Below are positions 52,421-64,000 of a stretch of DNA of 64,000 nucleotides, piece after piece. A program made the translations under genes and the position numbers. The DNA lies in the NCBI GenBank assembly GCA_963575745.1, contig CAUYUJ010000056.1, positions 1 through 64,000 on the forward strand, read 5' to 3'. The DNA is from Prorocentrum cordatum (lineage: Eukaryota). How positions within the stretch are numbered: position 1 is the first letter of the stretch; the number at the start of each line of letters is the position of its first letter. The notes below the pieces were generated by a model that was given only the letters and a program-made list of their open reading frames with translations, made no database searches and was not told the DNA's origin.

Positions 52421-54511
52421 AGGGTACGTCGGGGCTCGATTTTGGGAGGATGTTTCAAGCGAAACCGCCATTCTCTGAGAATCGGGGTCAAAATCATTGA
52501 AACCATGTGTTTTTGAAGGTGTTATGTTAAAACGTTAAAATTCCCATGTGTTTTTGGACCCTGACGTCACGATCTGCGTGAGGGGTGCCACCGATGTTCA
52601 GAACTTGGAGGATGTCCCTAGCGAAACGGCCAGAAAAATCGCGAACGCCCCGCGTACGCATTGATCGCCTCTGAGCTCTACTCCCTCGGAGAGGTGCGTA
52701 TGATAATATGTGTATATATATACACATATCGGAAAGAGCGTGTTCTACCGCTGCTGGCGGAAAACCGGGAGGGTCACTACCGGTAGTGACCCCACCCAGT
52801 TTTCGAGGGGGAAAGGGGGGGGGGGGGGGGGTTAGGGGAGGGGGGGGGTTTTGCCGGAAGAGGGGGGGGTGCAGCAGCAGGGGGGATTTTCGGAGGGGGG
52901 GGGGGCGGGGGGAACCCCGGGTTCCGGAGGATGAGGGGGGGGGGAATTTTCCACAGTGAAGCAGCGGTGGACCACGCTCTCTCATATATGTATATGTGTA
53001 TATATATACACACATACATATGGTCCCCAATCAATGCTTGCACTGAAAGGGTCCTGGCACATTTTGGAAGATTGGCAAAAAAGTCTGGGCCGATTTCGGT
53101 TGGCGGCCGGGTTTCCGGGTTCCCGGTTCCAGGTCCACGGTTTCCCGGTTCTGGGCCGATTCGGTGTGCGGCAGGGTTCCCATGTTCCTGGTCGATCTTC
53201 TTATCGATCGGCCTCACTATCGATCTCGTTACCCACCTCTCTAACAATCTCACGATCGATACCACAGTCGATCTCACTATCGATCTCTGACCGGCTACGC
53301 CAGCCCACTACCCGATCTGCAGCATGCGCAGCGCAGAGGAGGAAGCCATTATTCTCGGTGGTCTTCTCGAGGAAGCACTTGGAACGGGCACACTTCCTCT
53401 GAGCTGCCTGGGCCTCGTAAGACTGGGCGTAAAACGGGCGGGCCCTGAACGAGCGAGTGCCGTTCACCTCCGGGGATTCACGCACGTCGGAGATGGCGGT
53501 GCCCTCAACCAGCATCATCATAACCATCATCTCCACCATCACCATGATTATCATCTCTCCCCATCTCTCCTTTCCTCCTCCTCTTCCTCCCCGTTATCTA
53601 CTTTATCCTCACATTTTCCTCTTGGCACATCATCTCGATTTACATCGTCATCCTCAAGCCTCCTCTTCATCACTATCTTTATAAATTCCAAGCTCCTCCC
53701 ACTCTGCTTCCTCCCCATCCACCTCTGGCTCCGCCTCGTACTCCTCCCCATCATCCCGATCAACCTCCTCATAATCACCATGCACCAAAGTGTTCACACT
53801 ATTACAACTGCCACGCTCATCATACTTATACTGCTACTGAAATGAACCATCCCATGTCTCTTTCCACAATCTGACGCGTTTCAACTTCTTGCCTGGGACT
53901 GTCCGCAAGAGAAGACCCACTACACTTCATCATTTGGCATGCTTGCGTTGCCAAAGAACGAAGAACCGCGTGGGTGTGTTAATATGTGCGTGCGTGCACT
54001 AGCGAAGCGCACCATGACCACGGGGTTGCGCTGTTGACCGTGACTGGTGAGCGGCAACCGTGAAAACCCAAACGGCTGCGTATACCTATATAGAACAAAA
54101 CATATACACCTACATATTTACACACATTCATATGGCAACCCACCACACCGCATGATCATACATGTGGGCCCCAATGATCATTGTGGGCTCAGCCTCTTCC
54201 TCTTTTTCGATTTCTGATTTGTTCTTTCTCTCCCTCTCTCTCTCTGTCTATATGCTTCTCCTCCCCTCCTCTTCTTCTCCTCCTCCTCCTGCAGGAGCGG
54301 CCTTGCCAAAGGATTCGTTTTGAGGCGGTCGTGCGGTTTTTGCAAGGAAGCCCGATGAATAAAACACAGATGTTCCACATACTGTTGCATGTCTTGGCAA
54401 GGAGGTCATGCAAGCACATACCAATTACACCTAGTCTAACATTTTCTGGCAATAGGCACCCTTCCTGCTCATGCCCCATAGCCTCCTTTCAGAGCGTCCG
54501 TATCCAGAAAC

Positions 54512-54549
<38 letters not shown>

Positions 54550-55019
54550 TATATGAATATGTATATGTATGAGGGACATATATGTGTTGTTGCAAGATTT
54601 CCTTACCAAAACCTGGGCTATACATGGACTATGTGCTTTCCCAAGGCTTCCTTGCCACAACCTTCATCTCGAAACATATAGACGTATATACACATACATA
54701 CGTACGTCCGTATATACACACATAGCACCATACGTACGCACATACGCATATATGGTCGAGGGTTTGGGCCCCCTCCCCATGCTAATACCATCGGCCCCCT
54801 CCCGCGCCATTCGCCCCCCCCCCCTCCCCCCCCCCTGTGGGCGTGGGCGTGGCGTGGTGGCTCCCCCCCCCTTGTGGATGTGGTGTCGGTGTGGTGTGTT
54901 TCTGTACGTGTGTGCGGGGTGACGCCATGGTCCCCCTCCCCTCCCCTTCCCCCCTTGTGGGTGCGGTGTGGGTGCGGCGCGTGGCTGGGATTGGCGTCAT
55001 GTTGACAGCTCCGGTGCTC

Positions 55020-55210
55020 GACGTCGTCGCCGCCGCCGCTGGTGGTGCCGTCGACGTCGTCGTCGTTGTCGTCGTCGTTGTCGTCGTCATCGTTGTCGGT
55101 GTCGGTGTCGTCCTCGTCGTCGTCGTCGTCGTCGTCGTCGTGGTGGTCGTCGTCGTCGTCATTGCCGTCGTCGTCGTCCTCCTCCTCCTCTTCCTCCTCC
55201 TCCTCGTCCC
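55020..55210. repeat. (GTC)n microsatellite
   Basis: Directly visible. Confidence 0.85.
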
Positions 55211-58049
55211 CGCCCTCCCCCCCCATCCCATCGGGGGGGGGCCGAGGACCCTGGGACCCATCCCATCTGGGGGGGGGGGCGAGGACCCGGAGCCCGCGAT
55301 CATATATACACGTGTGGTCCCCAATCAGTGCTTGCATTGAAAGGGTCCTGGCAAGAAATTATTGAAAGATTTGGCAAAATGTCCGTGCCGATTTCGGTTG
55401 GCGGCTGGGCTCCCCGTTCCAGCTCCACGGTTCCCCGGTTCTGGGCCGATTCGGTGTGCGGCAGGGTTCCCAAGTTCCTGGTCGATCTTCTTATCGATCG
55501 GCCTCACCATCGATTTCGTCACCCACCTCTCTAGCAATCTCACGATCGATATCACAGTCGATATCACTATCGATCTCTGACCGGCTACGCCAGCCCACTA
55601 CCCGATCTGCAGCACGCGCAGCGCAGAGGGGGAAACCATTCTTCTCGGTGGTCTTCGCGCAGAAGCACTTGGAACGGGCACACATCCTCTGAGCTGCCTG
55701 GGCCTCGTAAGACTGGGCGTAAAACGGGCGGGCCTTGAACGAGCGAGTGCCATTCACCTCCGGGGATTCACGCACGTCGGAGAGGGCGGCGCCCTCAACC
55801 AGCATCAGCACGGGTTCCTTCCTCGCCGAGTCCCGACAACCCTTGGCACACAACACCTGCGCACATCCGGTAGCCCAGAAGGCGATCGCTCCTCGCTCGG
55901 CTCCGACTCAGACGCTCGGCGCCGACTCAGTTTCAGAGTTGGGGTCCATGGCTACCGCTGCCGCCTCGGTCGAGCTGCTGCCCGGGCGTGGGCGCCCCCA
56001 CCTCCGGGGCGCAAAGCACCCGCGCGCCCTCCTAGCAAACCCCGACAATCCACTACACGTTCAAGAGCAGCTGCTCTGCTCCCCGTCCTGGCTCGCCCCG
56101 CAGGCGTGAGCTCGGCCAGGTCAGACACGTTGATCGTGGAGTTACGGCCGACAACGCACGACGAACCCACATAAACCATCGGCCTGTCGCCCGGAGGCAA
56201 GGTGCACGGCGTCGCCGAGCACAAATGCACCAGGCCGATCCCGGCGTCGTAGCCTCCAGATCGGCCTCGAGGTGCCGATGCGAGCTGCCCTTGACCCCCT
56301 CGAAGCGGTGGGCGCACCCGTGGCGGGTGATGCGGCTGCCCTTAATGGGCCCCTGCTCCAGCTGCGCGACTGCCCCGCTCGACTTGATGACGAGGTCTTT
56401 GGGCATCATGTTCTCTGAGCTGCCTCCTCGCGTTCTCACCTGATCCTTGACGTAGTCTGCGTCGACGGCCTCAGCCTCATCCGGGCCATGCCAGGTCAGA
56501 GCAGCACCAGGCTTGACGTCCAGGGCGACCTGCACGCCATGGCCCGTCTTGCCCCCCTTGACGAAGCCGTGCGCAATCGTAAATGCGAACGAGCAGCACG
56601 TTCAAGCCGTGCGCAAGACCCAAGAGATGAGGCTGATCATGGAACCGACGACGATGACCAACCCCGCTGCCGCCACACTCAGGGTGAGCCCTTGGGGCCG
56701 ATGTACTCGCCCATGACGTTCACCATGCCCATGAGGAAACCGATCGCTCGGTGGAGCATAGCACCCAGTGCGTGGCCGACTGTCTCGCCCAGCCACTTGA
56801 GCGCTGCCTCGAACCACGCGTTGGCCAGGCAGAGCCCGCCCGGCTCGGCGTTGCCTGCCCCTGGGAAGCCGTTGGAGGGGCGGTCTGAGGGTGGCGGCGC
56901 TTCCTCAGCGGCCACGCCCTCGCCTCCTCCGGCTGGCGGCTCCTCTGGCGGAAGAGGTGGCGCCGACGCGGGCTGCGCGCGGGTGGCGTTGCCAGCCTGT
57001 TGAGGCGCGGCCACAGCCGGGCGCCGCAGTGGTGCGGGCGGCTGCCGCTCGCCCACCCGAGGTAGCTCCGACTCTCTAGGCATTGCCTAATCCTCTGGCA
57101 ACGATCTGGGCGCCGCTGGCGCCGCTCGCTGCTCCGCCGGGGGGTGGGCTCGGCGCCTCCCCGTCTTCGTAGTAGCACGCGAAGTAGTCGTACTCCTCGT
57201 AATTGGTGGCGCGCCCACCCGAACCGGCCATGGCTGGCGGCGGGCTCGTGGTCGGGGGCGCCTCGAGCCGCGGCGCCGCCGCCTCTTCCTGCTGCCCCGT
57301 CCCTGCGGGCAGCGCGGGGTCGGCTGGCTGGCCTTCCGCAGCACTCTCTGCGCAGCTTGCGCCGTAGCAGAAGTACGCCTCGAAGTCGGTGCGACTCTCG
57401 TGCGTCTCCTCTGTGCCGGCGCCGCTCGCGGCGCCTGGCTCCTCCCGCGCGCGGCCCTCGGGCCCAGCGCGTAGCTGGCTGAAGCCGAGAAGGCGGCCGA
57501 CAGCCCCACGCCCAGGGAAGCGTCTAGCCACCCGAGCGTGGCCACCAGCGCAGTAGAGATGATGCACTCGAGGGACACATGCCGCATCGCCGACGCCTCC
57601 TCTCGGCTTCTTCCTCCCTCAGACCGCGGGCGCCTTGCTGGGGCGTCCGCCGCGGGCCGCGGGGCTCCCCTACGGAGCCCCCGCCCGCACCGGAGGGGGG
57701 ACCTGGCCCAGCCACTACCCAGCACTCCTCGGACTGCCTGGCTGAGCCGCAGGCTGGACCAGCGAGCTATGACCCCGCCCGCCCACTCCAAAAGAGATCC
57801 AAGGCTCTCACGAGCCTTGAGCAAACGGCAGCGGAAGGGGGAAAGAGAGGACAGGGACGAGCATAGGAGAGGCTGCGAGAGGTGGGGAAGCCTGCTGTGG
57901 TAGCGAACGTCTAAAACCCTCCCCTGGGGAAGCCTGTCGGTCTGATGACAAATTTCTTTACGGATCTCCTAGTTCGATCACCCCCCAGGGGCAAACGCCC
58001 CCGGGGGGCTGCGTCGGATGGGCACCACAACCAACATCTGCATGTCTGA

Positions 58050-58260
58050 AGGAAGAGGAGAAGCAGGAGGAGGAGGAGGAGGAGGAGGAGGAAGAGGAGC
58101 AGGAGGAGGAGGAGGAGGAGGAGTGGGAAAACGAGGAGGAAGAGGAAGAGGCGGAGGAGGAGGAGGAGGAGGAGGAGGAGGAGGAGGAGGAGGAGGAGGA
58201 GGAGTGGGAAAACTAGGAAGAGGAGGAGAAGGAGGAGGAGGAGGAGGAGGAGGGGGAGAT
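58050..58260. repeat. (GGA)n microsatellite
   Basis: Directly visible. Confidence 0.9.
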
Positions 58261-58960
58261 GAAGTCCCTCCATTCCTTCCCCTGTCCCCTCTCCCACCTC
58301 CCCCTCCCTTCGCCCCCCTCCCCCCCCGCCATCTCCTCCTCCATCCCCCTCCCTGGGATACCGATACCGCTACTCCTGGGACCTCTCCCGGGGTGCGTTC
58401 CGACCAAATTTTCGAAGCGAATCCAGCGGCAGCGACGAGGGCCTCACAGGAGGCTCCAAAAGGGAAAAACGAGGGAGAGCAGCGATATGGGTACCGTTTC
58501 CTCCTCTGACCCCCCTCCCCCTTGCACGGGTCCTGCACGCGGAGCCGCCCGCCACGCCTGCGCATCCCCGCCAGCAGCCGCTCCTCCAGCGCCACGGCCT
58601 CCTCGGGGAGCGCCGGGGGTGCTGGGGCGCGGCTCGCCCCCCCAACCCCCAGCTGTGGGCGCCGCGCGTCTCTCCGCGGGGCCTCGCCCCCCCTCCCCCC
58701 CACCCCACGAAGCCGCAGCGTGATCCTCTGCCCATACCGGCGCCAGAGACCGTCAAGGCAGCTCTGAAGCGACCACAGGTGACCCCGACGACGGCCCCAA
58801 GGGGGTCCCAAGAAGCCCCCAAGAGTCTCCAGGAGGCCTGCTGGAGGCCCCCAAAAAGGCCCCAGGAGGCCGCAAGAGACCTCCTCTCCCTCCTCCTCCT
58901 CCTCCTCCTCCTTCTCCTCCTCCTCCTCCTCCGCCTCCTCCTCCTAGTTACATTCGAAAT

Positions 58961-58991
<31 letters not shown>

Positions 58992-59130
58992 CTTCTGCTC
59001 TGTTCCCACTGTCGATGGAGTGACGATACCGAATTGGATGATTACGCAACGAATGACACAAGCGAAAAGGGCACCACGTGGTCACTTTCAAACACATGCT
59101 CCTGTTCTTCCTCCTCCTCCCCCTCCTCCT

Positions 59131-59152
59131 TCCGTCGCCATTTTGGCCCAAA
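59131..59152 (+). other. Relict DinoSL spliced leader
   Basis: TCCGTCGCCATTTTGGCCCAAA versus TCCGTAGCCATTTTGGCTCAAG, 19/22 ungapped. Confidence 0.75.
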
Positions 59153-60633
59153 CTCGAACGCCACGCCTCGGGCTTGTCCGCAACTGTACAGCAAGCTCGG
59201 GTGCTTGCGGCGATCAGTCCTGGTCTCACTTGCAGGGGGTTCGCGACCCCACGCACTCTCACAACTTTCGTTGCCGCGCGGCATGGTCCCGGAGCCTCCC
59301 TCGGGGCGCTTCCCCAGGCCATGTGCCGCCCAGAGTGGCTACAAGTCGTCAGAGTGGCTACAAGTCGTGATGTGGTAAAGGCTCCTGAGGATGCCAGTGC
59401 AACCTCGTGGACTGGAGCAGGTGCTCTCGATACTATGCGGGGTCATTTTTGTCCATGGGCAGACGGTGAACCACTGATTGAGTAAGCATGGCAGTTGGTC
59501 GTCAAAGGCAGCCGTGGCCGTGGAGGCCAGTCAGCCGATCCAAAAGCCCCTGGTGGCATCCGCAGACGTGCGGCTCAACCGAGGGGGGGGCACAACTGCG
59601 GGAGCTGGCAGAGGAGCCGGTCTGGCCAACAATGGGAAGGGAGTCTCGTCGTCTGGCGGGCGCGATCGTCTTTCAAAAGCTCACTGGGCAGCTCAAGCTG
59701 GCAGGTCTCCACTATGGTCTTCACATACTGGTCGCTGCTCGACGAGTCGTGCCCCTCGTCACCGCCGACGGGGAATTTCCTCCACGGCCCCTCGCGCACT
59801 CCTCACGCGGGTCGAATTCTTCTTCGCACCACGCATCGTCTTCGTTACACGCCTCGTCTACATCGAAGCATTCCTCTGGGCTTGCGTCAGCAGTGGTTGC
59901 AGCAGGATGAAGATTGGTCCTGGGATTGTGTCGTCAGCCCCCTCGAAGCCCATTGCAGCAATGCTTGCAGTAAAGGGCTTCAAGGAGGAGGGGTGCACGC
60001 AGCCGAGGGGGCGCATCCACGAGATCAGGCGGCCGCAGAAAGACGCACCGCACGCGACCGGGCCCTCAGGCCCACCGCCAGTGAAGTCAAGCGCCACCGC
60101 CGGTGTCCGTGTGGGTGCAGCCAGCGCGCACTGGACGGAAGCGCCAAGGCTTCGAGGAGGAGGAGGAGGAGCCCTTCCTTTGCACGCCAAGAAGTCTGCT
60201 CTTCGTCGCGATCAGCTTTGGAACATCGGTACCCGCGCGCCCGTCGCCGAGCTCCGAGACGGCAGGAACCTGACGTACCTGCAACAGCAACAACACAACC
60301 GCCAGCGACTCTGCGCGTAGGCTGCGGCTGGCCAAACGTTGTCCTAGAGCTCGGCGGCGTTCGGGAGTCTTCGTCGGTTCTTGAAGACCTTGATCGCCTC
60401 GGAATGCTCTCCAGCAGCTGCGCCTCGCCGAGAGCGTTCCAGGAGTGCCCCTGATCGTTCCGATCGGCCGCCGGAGGCCCGCGCTATGGCCCAAAGGCCA
60501 CTCGGCAGCTTCGGGTCGTGACGACCTGTCCTTTTGGTTATCTGAGACACCGCGTGGATCGTTCAGCCCCGAGCGATCGCGGCTGTCCGATAGCGCCGAT
60601 CGTTCGCTAGCAGCCGACTCCGGGCCACCAGTA

Positions 60634-60796
60634 TGAAGGGGCCCTGGGACACACAAATAAATACACACAAATAAAAATATTCCCCATATTTTCCAATATT
60701 TTCTGGGTTTTTGTCTTCCCGCCCAATTCCCATATTTTCCCATATTTTCCTGGGAATCGACGATTAATTGTGTCTGTGTGTTTTTTCCCCTCCTGA
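60634..60796. mobile_element. 163-bp solo-LTR-like element with 5-bp TSD (CAGTA)
   Basis: Reads cagta|tgaaggggcc...ctcctga|cagta; paralog of 17387-17549. Confidence 0.75.
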
Positions 60797-63700
60797 CAGT
60801 AGCGTTCCACCTCCAAAATCCTGCGCTAGGGGCGCCGCCGCGTCGGCACGACACGGACCTGCCGTTGGCTGGGCGTGCGGGCGGTCCCAAAGCTGATGAC
60901 GCCCCTGTCCATGACAGGAGAGAGAGACAGACAGGAGCGCGCCGAGTCCGCCAGCCGGTCGGCCAGCGGGCCCCCTGGGGGCAGCGCGGATGGGCCGGGG
61001 CCCGGTTACGACTGCACTTGCTGGACGAAGGCGCGTGTCCCAACGGCGTCGGAGCCGGAGTCGGAGAGATGGGAAGGGACCAAGAGCACACCTGTGCACC
61101 TGCGCATGGAAAAAACAAAACATCAGGCCAGAAATCAGTACAGCCACCCAATCAAGACAGCATCGATTCAAGGCTTCCTCGAACCTGATTCACGACTGGC
61201 TCGATTCACGCTTATCTCATAATGGATCCTCTTCCCTCTTCCCACCTTCGCCTCGCGCGACAGTGGCAGGAGGCTCCAAAACGCGAGCATGCGGTGGGAC
61301 GAAGAGGGCTCCTCCTTCTCCGCGATGGCTCGCTGGAACCGGTACACCTCCCAAATGACCTTCCTCATGCCCTCGGCAAGCGTTCCTCGTTGGCCTTGGC
61401 AGGCGCGGCTCTCGGATACATTCACCACATGAAATCTCAGGCAAGGAGAAAGCAGACCACAACTCGTGCCATCCCAGGCGACCGGTGATCGACCACCCCT
61501 CGCCCCCGTCAACCATACGCGCATCCTGGTCTCGCTGAACACATCATGTTGCACGAATCCGTAGCGAAAAGCACCACAAAGCCACGCGCCCGCACATGCC
61601 GAAATCATACCAACCAAATGAACTCTACAAGCGCAGCCCCATTACCTTCTTCTACAGGAAACTGCACGTGCTCTGCCCGCGGGCACTTGCTAAAATCCGC
61701 CGACCTCTGGTTACCGGGGGCGACAAGGCGTTTGAGATACTTGGTTGTCTCCCTCACCCTTTCCCCCTCCCCCAGGGTCGTAAAACGCGTTTGAGAAATC
61801 CCCCCCCCCCCCTCGGGGGAGCACGAGCTCGTCAACGCACCCCAGGGGGCGCACAGAGCCTCCGAATCCTAACTCCGTGGTCTCCAATATGCCTAAGATT
61901 CCATCTGAACTTGCTCCGACTGGGCTCCAAGACGCAGAAAAAGCCCCAAAGACACCCACAATAGCCTCAAAATGGCTCACGAGGCTTCAAAGACGCCCCG
62001 GGAGGGCTCCAAAAGGATCTCCACGAGGGTCCCAAAAGGCGAAACTCGTCTCAATGCCTACAGACAGCGTGCATTATTTGCATGTTGCCCTCCTCGTCTT
62101 CACAGCGTCCTAGGCGTCTCAAGAAGTCAGCAAGATCATTCCACAGCGAGCTAACAAACCCCCTTGATGGTCCCAAGACCGCCCAGGAGGGCCCCAATAC
62201 GGCCCAAGAGGCGCACAAGACGGCCCAAGGGGACCCCAGCAGGGCCCTCAAACAGGGCCCAAAAAGGTAAGCCGCTCACTTTTCAAATCTTCCGCCCCAA
62301 TGGAGCCCCCGAAACCGCAGGCAAGTGCCCAAGGGCCCCCCAAATAGGCCACAAGAAAACCCGCACATGCCCAACAGAAGTATCCATATTCCCTCGAAAT
62401 GTCCCCATGAAGCTCCAAAAGGCATTACTGGTGAACATTTTACCTCTCCTGGTGGACATTCAATGCTTGCGTTCACCTCATAATCCGCCTCTTCCTGCTC
62501 CAGTCCTCATCCTGTTCCTCCTCCTCCGCCGCCTCCTCCCCCTCGTCCTCCTCCATCTCTCACTTCTGCCTAGTCCTCGTGGTCTTGAGAGCGCCATGGC
62601 TGTCGCATTCGTCGGGCATTTGTCGGACTCCTGGCCCCATGGTCGGGTGCTCATACGTTTCCAAGAACACGCTGCGTAGACTCTGCACTGCTTTTCAACT
62701 AGTTACGACAACCACGCAAACTGCCCAAACATTGCGTTCAAGTACTTTTGTGCCAGTGTCGACCTCTTCCATGCGCGGCGACTGCGCTATTGGCCCTCGC
62801 CCTCCCAAACATGTATCAACCCAACACGGCTGCAACCCATGTCGTCATGCACGCCCGTATAAACAACAGCTCGCCCTACCAATTCCTATGGGCTCCTCAC
62901 CTCGTCTGGTGCTAGCGGAGTGGCGTAAGCCTCTGTAACAAAAAACGCCACATCACTTTTGCACTCCCGCCCAGAAACACGTTTTCTCATGTCACCACGC
63001 GGTGCATCTGCGATGACCCGGCATGCGCCCAATGCACGAGCCCGTATGAAAGAACACAGTGCGGGCCACAGGCGCGCGCCGCCACGCGCACGTGCCGAGG
63101 CCCGTACCAAACGATTGGTTCTCGAAGCATTTCAAGATCGAGCTCTTTCAAACAGATATCAAAATCACCTTTGCCGAACCATCAACATTCCATGTGTATT
63201 GGACTCCTGAGCGCGCGCAGCTCTTCACCATCACCCCCATGAACGTCATCGCATCACCACCGTCATCGTCATCGCCTGTTGCCACCACCATCAGCACAAT
63301 CACCTTCATCCGACACGTGGACATCATCATCATCGTCATCGCCGTCACCAGCATCGCCGTCAGTGGCCTTGCCGTCATCATCGCCATCATCGCCACCACC
63401 ATCGCTATCATTATAATCATCGTTGCTGGCATTGTCGACATCATCATGATACCGCGCCCGCCCGCCCCACCGACCTGCACTGAAACGCCCGCGCGCCAGC
63501 GTGGCCTTTGAGACGCGCTGGGGATTCCCATAGGAAAGCGCCATCTCGGCCTCCCTTGCTGTGCCAAACCAGCTGGTCGCTCTGCGCGCGAGGGTGCGCG
63601 CGCCAGCACGGCCGCAGAAGTGAACCAGCCAGTGCCACGCAATCACTGCAATCGCGGCCGCGTGGATCGAGGGCCGGTATCGACCCGCCCACGCCATCCC

Positions 63701-64000
63701 TCTCAACTCACACAGCGCGCCCACGCCGGTTTATCTCAAGATACATTGTTTCGATCACCTTTGCAAAACATACCGCGAAGTCCACGCGCGCGCAAATCTC
63801 GAAATCACACCAAACACATTAGTTGTGCAAGCATTTCAATATAAAAGCCATGGGCTTCTCATCAGCCATCTTGCCGATGTTCTGCTCGCGCGCGCTGGCT
63901 GAATCATCGGAAAACCATATGAATTTCAAAATCTCGCCCAGAACCTTCATTCTCATCCCCTCAGTCGGTGCATCCGCGTTGATCGAGCATGCGCCCAGTG

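Larger units (their letters stand above)
50393..55810 (+). repeat. Host macro-repeat family: 34250-34390 + 50393-~51800 parallels 53515-~54750; 53020-53515 parallels 55315-55810
   Basis: Long collinear similarity by eye. The copy at 53641-53680 is the uninterrupted empty site of the retrotransposon insertion. Confidence 0.85.

Noticed and set aside
1..64000. rRNA or tRNA genes
   Set aside because: No recognisable conserved rRNA segments or cloverleaf with T-loop consensus were noticed by eye; a tRNAscan/Infernal run would be needed to exclude them.

Overview
GC-rich, repeat-dense eukaryotic DNA, most likely a dinoflagellate nuclear genome (inferred from relict DinoSL spliced-leader copies, dinoflagellate-type PPR repeats and a DNMT-bearing Copia element). 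The dominant feature is a 16.0-kb Ty1/Copia-type LTR retrotransposon on the minus strand (34391-50392). It has 264-bp LTRs differing at 5 positions, a CAAGC target-site duplication confirmed by an empty paralogous site at 53655, and a tRNA-iMet-like PBS. Its ~4,900-codon polyprotein region (broken by 3 frameshifts and 1 in-frame TGA) reads: two hydrophobic helices, Gag, CCHC knuckle, Tpt1/KptA NAD+-dependent RNA 2'-phosphotransferase, RING-H2, aspartic protease, degenerate DNMT-like, C5-DNMT-like, two CxxC-H-C fingers, integrase, RT, RNase H. The element is also unusual at the nucleic-acid level: at least 29 strand-specific covarying GCNNG-G(A/C)AA-CNNGC tetraloop hairpins, a spliced-leader look-alike inside each LTR, termini that are not TG..CA, and a pyrimidine tract where the PPT should be. 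Elsewhere are a frameshifted PPR-like gene built from 37-aa repeats, stacked SL relics, MITEs, two 163-bp TSD-flanked solo-LTR-like elements, a ~91-bp satellite, microsatellites and segmental duplications. Most short ORFs in the track are artefacts of GC-rich or low-complexity DNA. All domain calls come from reading motifs by eye; no searches were run.
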